Position numbers and translations under genes: made by a program
Part shown: positions 10,570-20,463 of the stretch, one piece after another
How positions within the stretch are numbered: position 1 is the first letter of the stretch
Layout: every line of letters begins with the position of its first letter
Assembly: GCA_965112635.1 (NCBI GenBank)
Contig: OZ218778.1
Location: 448,001 to 512,000, forward strand
Origin: an uncultured bacterium
GTDB taxonomy: Bacteria > Oederibacteriota > Oederibacteriia > Oederibacteriales > Oederibacteriaceae
Direction of reading: 5' to 3'
Length of the DNA stretch: 64,000 nucleotides
The notes under the pieces: generated by a model
Told to the model about the DNA's origin: nothing
The model's input: the letters and a program-made list of their open reading frames with translations, nothing else
Databases searched by the model: none

Positions 10570-11632
10570 TTACCCTCCCTGGCCATATAGTCTTCGATCT
10601 GCATATCGGTAAATCCGCGCATATCCCGTTTTTCTTGATAAGCCTTATACCAATCAGCGGTCCATTTCAAGGCCGTGGCCAGGTCCAATTTAGGATGCCA
10701 TCCCAGTCTTGTATTAGCCTTGGTGGTGTCCAATTTTAAGAGGCGGGCTTCATGGGGATGCATCCGGGCATCTTTTTTCCAGGCAGCTTTACCTCTCCAC
10801 TCTTGGGCCAATCTATCAACCACCCAGGAAACAGGTTTACACCCCTCTTTTTTGGGCCGAAATTCCACCCCTCGGCGAATTCGTCCCCTTTCTGCCATAA
10901 TTTTTCCACGAGTTCCATATATCCGAAAACAGGTTCCAGGACATGCTGCCAGGGCCGCACCGCGCCGGGATGGCGCAGTACCACAGGCCTCCCAGCCATA
11001 AAGGAGCGCATGACATCGGGGACCAGCCTGTCTTTGGCCCAATCCCCCCCGCCAAAGACATTCCCAGCCCTGGCCGAAGCGACCGCAGCCGATCCTTTTC
11101 TCACCGAAAAAAAGGACCTCCGGTATGAGGCGACTGCAAGCTCCGCGCAACCTTTGCTGCTGGAATAGGGGTCGTGCCCGCCCATGGTATCCTCTTCGCG
11201 GTAACCCCTGGCCCACTCCCTGTTCTCATAGCATTTATCCGTGGTGATGATCAAAACCGCCCTGGTCCCTCTGGTTTGACGGACCGCCTCCAGGACATTG
11301 ACCGTCCCCATGAGGTTAGTATCAAAGGTTTCGACGGGGAATCGGTAGGAATGCCGCAGGATAGCTTGAGCCGCCATATGAATAACGATCTCAGGTCTGT
11401 ATTTTTTCATGACCCGGACCAGAGGGTTCAGATCTCGGATGTCTCCCTTCCGGGAGACCATCCCTTGATCCACCTGGAGGATCTCGAACAGGCTGGGACG
11501 GGTGGGAGGATCCAGTGAATAGCCAATGAGCCTAGCACCCATCTTTTTCAGGATTACGGAAAGCCATCCACCCTTAAAACCGGTATGACCGGTCAACAGG
11601 ACCCTTTTCCCTTTCCAAAACTGCGGGGTCAT
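10566..11632 (-). pseudogene. rfbG: CDP-glucose 4,6-dehydratase, frameshifted at ~10848-10853 (or a sequencing error)
   Basis: FWKGKRVLLTGHTGFKGGW..YSSSK..RPWQHVLEP..WNFGP in one frame and KPVSWVV..PHEARLLKLD..LGWHP..WY in the -1 frame; the join lies in an A6 run. Confidence 0.85.
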
Positions 11633-12399
11633 CCCCACATCCTCCACGGAGCTTTTCCCGAAGACCACAGGTCGTTGAGATAGTGCTTGTCCCGGAGAGT
11701 ATCCATGGGTTGCCAAAATCCTTCATGCTTGTAGGCGTTAAGCTCTCCCTCTTGGGCCAGCCGCTCTAGTGGCTCCCTTTCCCATACCGTCGAGTCGCTC
11801 TGGATATAATCGATGACCTTGTGAGAGAGTACGAAAAACCCCCCATTGATCCACCCTCCGTCCCCTTGAGGCTTTTCCTGAAAACCGGTCACGGCTTGAC
11901 CTTTCATTTGTAAAGCTCCAAAACGGCCTGGCTGACGGGTCGCGGTCAGGGTGGCCAACCGTTTTGACCGTTTATGAAAGGAGAGGAGTTCGGCCAGGTG
12001 CACATCGCCCACTCCATCCCCATAGGTCATACAAAAATCTTTGCCCTCCAGATAGTCCCGTATCCGCTTCAACCGCCCGCCGGTCATGGTGCTTTCACCG
12101 GTGTCTACCAGGGTCACTTTCCAGGGTTCCGCGCTGTTCTGATGGACCTTCATGCGATTGTGCTTCATATCAAAGGTCACATCCGACATATGGAGGAAGT
12201 AGTTAGCAAAATATTCTTTGATCAAATACCCCTTATACCCCAGGCAAATAATGAACTCGTTGAGCCCAAAATGGGAATAGATCTTCATGATATGCCAAAG
12301 GATCGGCTTCCCCCCGATCTCGATCATGGGTTTGGGCTTGAGGTCTGTCTCTTCTGAAAGCCGCGTCCCCATTCCACCCGCTAAAATGACAACCTTCAT
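11629..12399 (-). CDS. rfbF: Glucose-1-phosphate cytidylyltransferase
   Basis: [45 protein letters not shown]. Confidence 0.95.
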   Translation of the reverse strand: MKVVILAGGMGTRLSEETDLKPKPMIEIGGKPILWHIMKIYSHFGLNEFIICLGYKGYLIKEYFANYFLHMSDVTFDMKHNRMKVHQNSAEPWKVTLVDTGESTMTGGRLKRIRDYLEGKDFCMTYGDGVGDVHLAELLSFHKRSKRLATLTATRQPGRFGALQMKGQAVTGFQEKPQGDGGWINGGFFVLSHKVIDYIQSDSTVWEREPLERLAQEGELNAYKHEGFWQPMDTLRDKHYLNDLWSSGKAPWRMWG

Positions 12400-12456
12400 A
12401 TCATTCCTCGTTTCAATCACTCAGGTTTAAAAGGAGGTCCTCACAGAGCTGATTTA

Positions 12457-15400
12457 CTATATCATTTTAGTCTTAAAATTTGGAGGAGCGTCCTCCAAGT
12501 TCGGGTTATAGTAAGGATCAACCTTGGTTTTCCATCGCCACAGTTTGACGAACAGGTCTATTTCCTTTTGGCTTACGCTCTTTTCGCGATTTTGAGATTC
12601 GTAATGGTAAAACAGGCCGAAGGGCGTATACACGATCCGGTAGCCGGCTTCGTGGACCCGGAGGCAATAATCGATATCATTGTAATTCACCGCGAATTCC
12701 TCATTGAACCCCTTCAATTTTTTGAACAGGTCCCTGCGCGTCATCATGCACGCACCCGTCACCGCCAGATAGTTGCGGTTTCCGCAGAGATTGAAAAAGT
12801 GCCCTGGAAAATCCCCGGGATATCCCCTAAAGACATGGTCCGGCAGGCCGTCAATGAATGACACACCGCCATGCTGGAGCGTGCCGTCCCCGTAAAGGAG
12901 TTTGGGACCCACAACGCCCACATGGCAGTTTTGCATGATCCCAACCATACCTTCGAGCCAGTCCGGGCTGATCAGCTTCACGTCGTCGTTCATAAAAAAA
13001 AGGAATTCGCCTTTGGCTACCCTTGCCCCTAGGTTCATTTTTTTAGCTACATTGAAGACCGGCTCCCTATAATGAACGAACTCCTTGGCAAGTCTTCTCA
13101 CATGCTTTAGGGTTTTCTCGCGCAGGTCTCCGTTATCCACTACAATGATCTCAAAATTCCGATAGGAACTTTTCTTCACGATGGACTCTATACATTCAGC
13201 CAAAAGATCGGTTTTATGTCCTTTGACCTCCGCGTCCCTGCCCGCGCTAGGTATTACGATCGACACCAAAGGTTCATCCTTGACCTCATACCGGACATAA
13301 AAGCATCCGGCAAAAGGGCTGTTGCTGACCTTGGCTTTTCCGTTCTTCCTTTCAACACGGCCGCCCAATGCTTTAATAGCGGCATCGGTAACATAATGTT
13401 TTTGCTCCATGGTCAAAGCTGTGGAACCAGGAATGGCTCGCCAGTGATAGAAAACTTTGGGAATATGTTTGATCTTTCTGGCTTTTTCTGTGAATCTTAG
13501 AACAAAATCAAAATCCTGCGCACCTTCATACCCAAGCCGCATGCCTCCTAGTTCCTTGACCAGAGAGGACCTATAACAAGCTAAGTGCGCGATATACATG
13601 CAGGATTCAAGGTATTCCGGAGACCAGTCCGGCTTGAAGAAAGGTTCGTAGCGCTGTCCCCGGATGCTGATTTTATCCTCATCGCTGTATATCAGATCTA
13701 TTTCCCGGTCCTGGTTGAGCATCCGGGCAAATTCAAAAAGCGCATCAGGAGAAATTTCGTCGTCATGATCCATAAGACAAATATAATCCCCCGTGGCAAG
13801 TTCGAGGGCGGAATTGGTGGAAGCTGAGATATGACCGTTTTTTTCGCGGAAGACAACTTTGATCCTGGGATCCTTGTCGCGGTATCTCTCCAGGACTCGT
13901 CTTACATGGGACTGAGTGGAGGCGTCATCGGCCAGGCATATTTCAAAATCCGGATAGATCTGACCTAGGATAGAATCCAAGCAGGCATTCAGCCAATGCT
14001 CTTCTACATTATAGACCGGGATGGCAAAAGAAAATCGAGGACGCCAGCTGAAAGATTTGATCTCATTAGACATTTGGACGCAATCCTGATCCGTAAAGGT
14101 ATGTTTTTTTAGCCAGAACTGGTACCGTTCATAATCCAATCTATCCAAGGACTGGAACTGCCCTCTAAGCCGTTGCTTTAAAGAGGCGTATCCCTCGGTA
14201 AGCATTATTCTAAGGACCTTCAGAGCAAATGTCTTCAAGGTCCCCTGACTAAAGTGATGTTGAAGCTTTTTAACAATGACCGTGAAGCCGATCTCCAAGC
14301 GGGTAACTTGATAAAGTTCAAGACCAGCTAAGGCGAACTCTGTCGCGTCCGGGAAAGGAACCACTTTGATTTGCAAAATATCACTATTTAATGGGAGAAA
14401 GACCGGCCTCATTTTGATATCAGAGAATCGGATAATCAAAGGATTGGTCACGATAAATCCTTGACCATAATTGAAATACAAATAAATCATTTCTGGCATC
14501 GGAACCGACCCCTGATAGGATACCTTAACCCAGCCTCGCGGAAGTTCAGCCTCTAAAATGAATTCAGAGCTTGGCCTGGCCATCCTCCATCGATTCTCTT
14601 TGTCAAGGATAGGTTCCACATCAAGAAAAGGTTTAAATTTTATAGGGACCTTTTTTCTTAAAAAAAACATTTTCTGTTTTTTGGGACCAAGAAAGCTCCT
14701 AAGATAATTCTCACGCTCTTCCGTTGTGGTCGGCTTATACGATCTCGTCGGGTCCAGGCTCAGGAGTCGGGCATAGTAACGGACATCCGGTATATGGTCA
14801 GCATAGGTTCTCGTAAATGTTCCCAGTTCTAGAGAAGGGACCAAATCATCCAGATTTTTGGCGCACAGGCCGGACATGAAAGGCGTAAAGACAATCCTTT
14901 TCTTTTGTCTCATGGCATGGGCCCCTGTCCAGGCACCCAAAAAAATCAGAGAGCCACCTGCCCACCTGCCATTTTCCAAAAGCTCCAACAAAAAGGACGC
15001 ATCAATAACTGAAAGGGCACTGGAAACTGCGCTAACCGAATGCGGCTTCCACATCTGGCCGAAATATCCCGGCTTGTCCTTAGAATACCCTCGATCCGGA
15101 CAGCCCACCGCTCCTCCAAACCCGAAGTAGTCCCCTGCGGCCAAGAGATCTCCCTTTTCATTGAAAATCCTTCCTCCGACCATGACCGTATCAGGAAAAA
15201 GCTCGAAATATTTCAGCGTTTCCCAAGGCCAGGAACTCCCCTCCGTTTTGACCCCCTGATAGAGCGTATGGACATATCCTCCGGCTTGCGCTGTATCTCT
15301 TACTAGATCGGCTATCTCCTTGGGTGTCGCCACCAATGGGACCGCTCTTACCTGATGAACAGGATAGGCCGCGGAGTTCAAAAGAGCACCGCCATCAAAG

Positions 15401-17220
15401 GTCTCCGGATCGTCGCAAAAAACCAAGGTCAGGAAAGGTTTGGAATTTTTATGACCCGGAAAAATGTGCCAATCCGGTGTTTTCTTGTCAAAAAGCGGGC
15501 TCAGACCGATAGTATATTGTTCGGATGGCCGACAAGATGTCAGGTACTTCCCTATAACGTGTTTTTGGGAATCATAGACATAAGCTTTGGATTCGATATT
15601 CAAGGCGCAAGAATCCGAATGCATGCGCCAGCTATAGAGGATCTCAGGGACGTGTACCGGAACTTGTCCGGCAAGTGTAAAACGCATGAAAGTGTCCCAG
15701 TCGTGACATCCTTCGGCCTGGGGATCGGAATAGACACCCAACTTCAAAGCGGTTTCCCTATGAATAGCGCCTAAATGGGCTATATAACAGGAGTGGGTAA
15801 AAAGGACCGGGTCCCAGTCGGGTTTAAGGTAGGGATCGCTCCGCGTTTCTTTCCATCTTTTTTCCTGTTCAATATAAATGAGCCGGATCTTATCTTCATC
15901 GGAATAAAAAAGGTGTGCATTCGGGTTTTTGCGGATATACCACTCCATGATGCGGAGGCTGTCTGGATAAAGGGTATCGTCCGAATCCATGGGGAGAATG
16001 AACCGTCCCTTGGCCTGTTCCAGGCAATATCGCATGCCACCCATTATCCCCAGGTTGTTCTCCACGCGAAAAAGTCTGACCTGTTTATTTTGACCTAACC
16101 TCTTGAGGAACTGGACCGTATCAGGAGCCGTGGAACCATTGTCCAACACGATCCATTCGAAAGAGGGTCGGCCTTTTTGGGACCGTACGCTTCGAGCTAA
16201 AGCTTCTAAATATCGGACCTGGGTATTCCAGGTGCACGTTAATAGCGACATGGTTTTTGCTTCGTTAGGCGCTTTGAAACCATGCGAAATACGTTCCAAC
16301 CACCCATCCTGGTAGCTGTTTCGGCGGTCCCGGACCCTCTTTCGTATCCATAGTTCGTATTCATTCTCATCTCGCATGCCCAGCAAGAACTTCAGGAGGC
16401 GCTTGATTGCTCGGCCCGGCACTGTCCCGAGGAATTTACGGACCATGGGGTTCATTTTAAGCTTTTCTTTGAGGGTTGTTGGGGCCGCTTCCTCGCGTTT
16501 TTTCTGTTCTTCGTGGCGCTGGTTTTCCAGCTCTTTCTCATGAGATAAGACCCTGGCCGTGAGTTTCTCCGTAAAGAGGATCAGATCTTCTTCAGAGATG
16601 GACGGTCCTTTTTTGAAGACCATGGCCTGAAGTGTCAGGACATCGGGATTGAGTGTGGCATCAGGGTGAAAGCCGTTCTCTCGGAATATTCTGGCCCAAT
16701 ACAAAATGGGACGCACATTGATATGGGTCGGTTCGGTAAAATCCGTGGGGGAAGAGGAAAAAAGCACGGCCCCGGCCTTTTCCGTGAGATGCTTGATGCA
16801 TGCCCGGCCATCTTGATCCGTCAGATGCTCCACAACCTCAATGCAGGTGACAAGATCATATTCTCGGTTAAGCGGTTCGGTCGCCAAGCCTACCCGGCAG
16901 TAGGGACGGATGTCTTCACGAACTTGGCTGATAGCGTACTTGGACACGTCCACGCCGTAAGCCAGGACACCGCGGTCCCGGAGCGCCTCCACCAGGAAAC
17001 CTTTGGCGCAGCCCACGTCCATGACGGTTCTAGGCTTAAGGTTCTGAACGATCCAGTCCGCCACTTTCCCAAAAAAGTCTAGAAAATGCGGATGACTCCG
17101 GTCGTATGGGATTGGGCCACAATTATTTTTATAATACTTTTTGCCGAAAAGGGATTGTGCCTTACCAATATTGATTCCGTCATGTTTTTTCAAGGATCTT
17201 CCCCGCCAAATCAAATCCAA
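12457..17220 (-). CDS. Multidomain methyltransferase plus several GT2 domains (WsaE-like)
   Basis: DVGCAKG methyltransferase domain, charged helical linker, GT2 motifs LDNGS/MDSDD/YSDEDK, ADDAS/MDHDD/YSDEDK and VDNG/MNDD/AVTGACMM; start uncertain. Confidence 0.85.
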   Translation of the reverse strand: MDLIWRGRSLKKHDGINIGKAQSLFGKKYYKNNCGPIPYDRSHPHFLDFFGKVADWIVQNLKPRTVMDVGCAKGFLVEALRDRGVLAYGVDVSKYAISQVREDIRPYCRVGLATEPLNREYDLVTCIEVVEHLTDQDGRACIKHLTEKAGAVLFSSSPTDFTEPTHINVRPILYWARIFRENGFHPDATLNPDVLTLQAMVFKKGPSISEEDLILFTEKLTARVLSHEKELENQRHEEQKKREEAAPTTLKEKLKMNPMVRKFLGTVPGRAIKRLLKFLLGMRDENEYELWIRKRVRDRRNSYQDGWLERISHGFKAPNEAKTMSLLTCTWNTQVRYLEALARSVRSQKGRPSFEWIVLDNGSTAPDTVQFLKRLGQNKQVRLFRVENNLGIMGGMRYCLEQAKGRFILPMDSDDTLYPDSLRIMEWYIRKNPNAHLFYSDEDKIRLIYIEQEKRWKETRSDPYLKPDWDPVLFTHSCYIAHLGAIHRETALKLGVYSDPQAEGCHDWDTFMRFTLAGQVPVHVPEILYSWRMHSDSCALNIESKAYVYDSQKHVIGKYLTSCRPSEQYTIGLSPLFDKKTPDWHIFPGHKNSKPFLTLVFCDDPETFDGGALLNSAAYPVHQVRAVPLVATPKEIADLVRDTAQAGGYVHTLYQGVKTEGSSWPWETLKYFELFPDTVMVGGRIFNEKGDLLAAGDYFGFGGAVGCPDRGYSKDKPGYFGQMWKPHSVSAVSSALSVIDASFLLELLENGRWAGGSLIFLGAWTGAHAMRQKKRIVFTPFMSGLCAKNLDDLVPSLELGTFTRTYADHIPDVRYYARLLSLDPTRSYKPTTTEERENYLRSFLGPKKQKMFFLRKKVPIKFKPFLDVEPILDKENRWRMARPSSEFILEAELPRGWVKVSYQGSVPMPEMIYLYFNYGQGFIVTNPLIIRFSDIKMRPVFLPLNSDILQIKVVPFPDATEFALAGLELYQVTRLEIGFTVIVKKLQHHFSQGTLKTFALKVLRIMLTEGYASLKQRLRGQFQSLDRLDYERYQFWLKKHTFTDQDCVQMSNEIKSFSWRPRFSFAIPVYNVEEHWLNACLDSILGQIYPDFEICLADDASTQSHVRRVLERYRDKDPRIKVVFREKNGHISASTNSALELATGDYICLMDHDDEISPDALFEFARMLNQDREIDLIYSDEDKISIRGQRYEPFFKPDWSPEYLESCMYIAHLACYRSSLVKELGGMRLGYEGAQDFDFVLRFTEKARKIKHIPKVFYHWRAIPGSTALTMEQKHYVTDAAIKALGGRVERKNGKAKVSNSPFAGCFYVRYEVKDEPLVSIVIPSAGRDAEVKGHKTDLLAECIESIVKKSSYRNFEIIVVDNGDLREKTLKHVRRLAKEFVHYREPVFNVAKKMNLGARVAKGEFLFFMNDDVKLISPDWLEGMVGIMQNCHVGVVGPKLLYGDGTLQHGGVSFIDGLPDHVFRGYPGDFPGHFFNLCGNRNYLAVTGACMMTRRDLFKKLKGFNEEFAVNYNDIDYCLRVHEAGYRIVYTPFGLFYHYESQNREKSVSQKEIDLFVKLWRWKTKVDPYYNPNLEDAPPNFKTKMI

Positions 17221-17239
17221 AAATATTATTCACAACCAG

Positions 17240-18400
17240 TCACATTCGACGAAAGCTAACAACAAATTCATCAGTATGTGCGTAAGGTTCAAATGTTTCT
17301 TCCAAAGAAAGGGGTAAAAGCTTAAGCCTCCTGATCACTTCCCAGCACTCAATGAATGAATCAAGCGTCCAAACATTGCAGTGGACATCATGATAATGAT
17401 TATTTGATAACAGATCGACAGCTGCCTGAAATGCTGATTTCAATTTTTCATCATTATAGGTGGAAGTTTTTACAGGCTTTGGTTCAATGTATGACATAAA
17501 TGCTATAAAATCAAACACCTGCTTGACCGAAGGGCGTTCCAGATTCCGTATGTAGGCATCCACTAGGTCTGATGGGGTGGACAGAGCGCGAAAATGGTCA
17601 AAAGTGCGTGTTTTCTCGGGAATCGCCAAATTGATCAGACCTCCTGGCTTAATGACCGAAGCGATCTGGGACAGCCATCCTATGGGGTTCGGGACATGCT
17701 CTATCACATGTGCCGCAACGCAGTAATCAAAAGTTATATCCTGCGGGATCACATTTCGGATAGGCCCGCCGGACCAGATAAAATCAATATCGCAAATCTT
17801 GTCTATATCTACGTATATCGTTTGATTTGCCTTGTATTTTTTTATGAGACCGTCCCTGTCCGCATGGTCTACATATTTGACATTGGTTTTTTGTTTGGAG
17901 AGAAGCGGGCGGTCAAGCGGACCCAGCTCTATCCCAACCATGGTATCCAGGGATATTCCCCTCAATAGCCGCCTCAAACGCTCTTGATGCCAGGTGCATG
18001 GTGAATTCACCAGATGCGCGCCATTGGGGAAACGGACTTCCAGGGTATCCGAGACGGTCAACGGTTCGGGGAAGTTGAAGTTAAAGCCAGCTTCCCGCGG
18101 CAATCCCGCCGCTGCAAGATCATCCCTGGAGTTATTTGGCGGCACCCGAGCCAGCAATTTACCGTTTAAAAAAAGGTCCACGGAGGATGGCTGTTTTTTT
18201 GAATCAACCGCCCAGCCGGCTATATGGCTTTGGTGGCACATATCTACGTACCCCTGGTAACCGCCCTTATCCTCGGCTCCAAGCGGACGCTTGTTAAAGC
18301 TAAACGCGCTCAGTCCGGATTTGAAAGAAGATAACAATTTGCGTATTGTCCCTTTTTTGTGTTCAGTCATGATCAATCCTTTAACATGCGCCATTGACAT
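17240..18400 (-). CDS. Methyltransferase-domain protein with an N-terminal Ig-like domain
   Basis: GYVD..IAGWA beta domain; IELGPL, AAHVIEHVPNPIG, IKPGG. Confidence 0.7.
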   Translation of the reverse strand: MSMAHVKGLIMTEHKKGTIRKLLSSFKSGLSAFSFNKRPLGAEDKGGYQGYVDMCHQSHIAGWAVDSKKQPSSVDLFLNGKLLARVPPNNSRDDLAAAGLPREAGFNFNFPEPLTVSDTLEVRFPNGAHLVNSPCTWHQERLRRLLRGISLDTMVGIELGPLDRPLLSKQKTNVKYVDHADRDGLIKKYKANQTIYVDIDKICDIDFIWSGGPIRNVIPQDITFDYCVAAHVIEHVPNPIGWLSQIASVIKPGGLINLAIPEKTRTFDHFRALSTPSDLVDAYIRNLERPSVKQVFDFIAFMSYIEPKPVKTSTYNDEKLKSAFQAAVDLLSNNHYHDVHCNVWTLDSFIECWEVIRRLKLLPLSLEETFEPYAHTDEFVVSFRRM

Positions 18401-19605
18401 GGAAGATACGCAACCCCAAGGTTTCCCTTAACTTTTTCTGATTCTAAAACTATGAATGGAAAATGCTTATCCCAATGGTCATAACATATTGAACCGGTAT
18501 AATTATAAATAGCCGCCGTAAAATTATATCTCCCGGGTAAAAGGGGTAACGAATCGATCGAATATTCAACGGCTCCCTCCCCCTTAACAGTCGAAGTATT
18601 AAAATCACTTATCTTGGTATTGGTACCATTGACATGGAACCCGTCTTCACGATGAATGGCCACACCGAACATAGGCTTTTCTATTTCTTTATGAGCAATA
18701 TATTCAATATGCACAGCAAAAGGTTCATTGGTTCTAAAAACATTACCCATGGTTCCATCACTTTTCACAAAATTGACGGCTGTAATTTCCATTTCTTTGT
18801 TCCCCCATCGGTTCGGGACATTTTGATAATGCAGGGTGCGGCGGACAGCTTCGGCGTTGGTGTGCAAGAGTTGGTGATACGTGGCGATCACACTATTCGG
18901 CTCCCCGATCTTAAAGCATGCCCCCTGGTCCAGAAGACACACCTGGTCGCACATCTGCTCCACCGCATTGAGGTCGTGGGATACCAGCAGGATGGTCTTG
19001 CCGCTTTTCCTCAGGTCCCTTACCTTCTCAAGGCACTTGGCCTGGAAACTTTCGTCACCCACGGCAAGGATCTCGTCGATGATCAGGATATCGGGGACCA
19101 CATGGATGGCCACGGAAAAGGCCAGCTTCATGTACATGCCGCTGGAGTAGGTTCGGACCGGGTCGTCGATATACTCCCCCATCTCGGCGAACTCGACGAT
19201 CTCGTCGAACTTGGCCTTGATCTGGTTTTTGGAGAGTCCCAGGATGATACCGTTGATGATCACGTTTTCCCGCCCTGATAATTCAGGATGGAATCCGGCT
19301 CCCAGCTCGATCAAAGCGGCGATATTGCCTTGGACCGTGATAGCGCCCTCGTCCGGCTTGAGAATGCCGCTGATCAGTTTGAGAAGGGTGCTTTTACCCG
19401 AACCGTTCCTGCCGATGATCCCAAGCGTGGTCCCTTTTTCGATTTGCAGAGTAACGTCCTTTAGGGCCCAAAGCAGATCCCTGCCAGTATCCTTTCGGGG
19501 ATGCCATAGGTCGTAAAGGATATAGGATTTAAGGGAGGTCATGATGGGCCGCCGTCCATGGCGGGAGAATTTTTTTGACACTCCTTTTATCTCGATACTG
19601 TGCAT
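18373..19605 (-). CDS. wzt: Polysaccharide ABC exporter ATPase with a C-terminal carbohydrate-binding domain
   Basis: GRNGSGKST, YSSGM, IIDEILAVGD, LVSHD; C-terminal LLPGRY Wzt_C-like domain. Confidence 0.93.
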   Translation of the reverse strand: MHSIEIKGVSKKFSRHGRRPIMTSLKSYILYDLWHPRKDTGRDLLWALKDVTLQIEKGTTLGIIGRNGSGKSTLLKLISGILKPDEGAITVQGNIAALIELGAGFHPELSGRENVIINGIILGLSKNQIKAKFDEIVEFAEMGEYIDDPVRTYSSGMYMKLAFSVAIHVVPDILIIDEILAVGDESFQAKCLEKVRDLRKSGKTILLVSHDLNAVEQMCDQVCLLDQGACFKIGEPNSVIATYHQLLHTNAEAVRRTLHYQNVPNRWGNKEMEITAVNFVKSDGTMGNVFRTNEPFAVHIEYIAHKEIEKPMFGVAIHREDGFHVNGTNTKISDFNTSTVKGEGAVEYSIDSLPLLPGRYNFTAAIYNYTGSICYDHWDKHFPFIVLESEKVKGNLGVAYLPCQWRMLKD

Positions 19606-19608
19606 GGC

Positions 19609-20385
19609 CTACACTTCCTCCGCGAAAACGTCTTTTCGTGAATCAAAGAACATCAAGGCCAATACAAAGAAGACTAAAGTGAAAAGGGTCAGCAGGGCGA
19701 GACCCGTGAGGGAAGGCATCCGGTCATAAAAGAAAATATCATGGTAAGCCCCGATGAACCAAGCCATGGGGTTGTAGTTCAGCAGAAACTGATATTTGGC
19801 CGGGATCATGCTCTCGGGATAGACCACCGGCGTGGCGAACATCCAGATCATAAGGAGATTGGGAACGATATGTATCAGGTCCCGGAACTGCACCACCAGG
19901 GAGGAAGTGATCAGGGTCAAACTAAAAGCAAAGACGAACTGGACCGCCATAATGAAGGGCAGGAGAAGCAGGATCCATGAAAATTTGATCCCAAAACAAG
20001 CCAAAAAGATCAAAAGAATAGGAAGGCTGAGCAGATAATGGATCATGGTCGAGGCCGTGGTGACCAGGGGAAATATCTCCGCGGGAAGGGACACTTTTTT
20101 GATCAGGCCTCCGTTGACCAGGATAGAGCTGGACCCCTCGGTCAGCGCCGACGAGAACCACGCCCAGGGCAGGATCCCGCACAGAAGATAGGCGGAAAAA
20201 TGCTCCATCTGTACCCGCATATATACGGAGAACACAAGCACATAGATCAGCATCAAAAGTAGAGGGTTGATGAAGGACCACAAAAATCCCAGGGAAGTGC
20301 CCCGGTACCGCACCTTGAGCTCTTTCGCGATAAGCACCTGGGCCAGGCCGTAATACCTATAAAGCTGAAGGATGCGTTCTATCAC
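19609..20385 (-). CDS. wzm: Polysaccharide ABC exporter permease
   Basis: ELKVRYRGTSLGFLWSFINP, FRDL, TPVVYP, NPM; adjacent to wzt. Confidence 0.93.
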   Translation of the reverse strand: MIERILQLYRYYGLAQVLIAKELKVRYRGTSLGFLWSFINPLLLMLIYVLVFSVYMRVQMEHFSAYLLCGILPWAWFSSALTEGSSSILVNGGLIKKVSLPAEIFPLVTTASTMIHYLLSLPILLIFLACFGIKFSWILLLLPFIMAVQFVFAFSLTLITSSLVVQFRDLIHIVPNLLMIWMFATPVVYPESMIPAKYQFLLNYNPMAWFIGAYHDIFFYDRMPSLTGLALLTLFTLVFFVLALMFFDSRKDVFAEEV

Positions 20386-20463
20386 TGCACAACTCCTACC
20401 CTGTCAATTTTTTATCGATTTTTCTAAATCCTGCAGCACTGTGCACGGGAGCAGATAAAAACC

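Noticed and set aside
10566-11216. Separate 216-aa gene
   Set aside because: Only its last ~95 aa are meaningful, as the out-of-frame RfbG C-terminus
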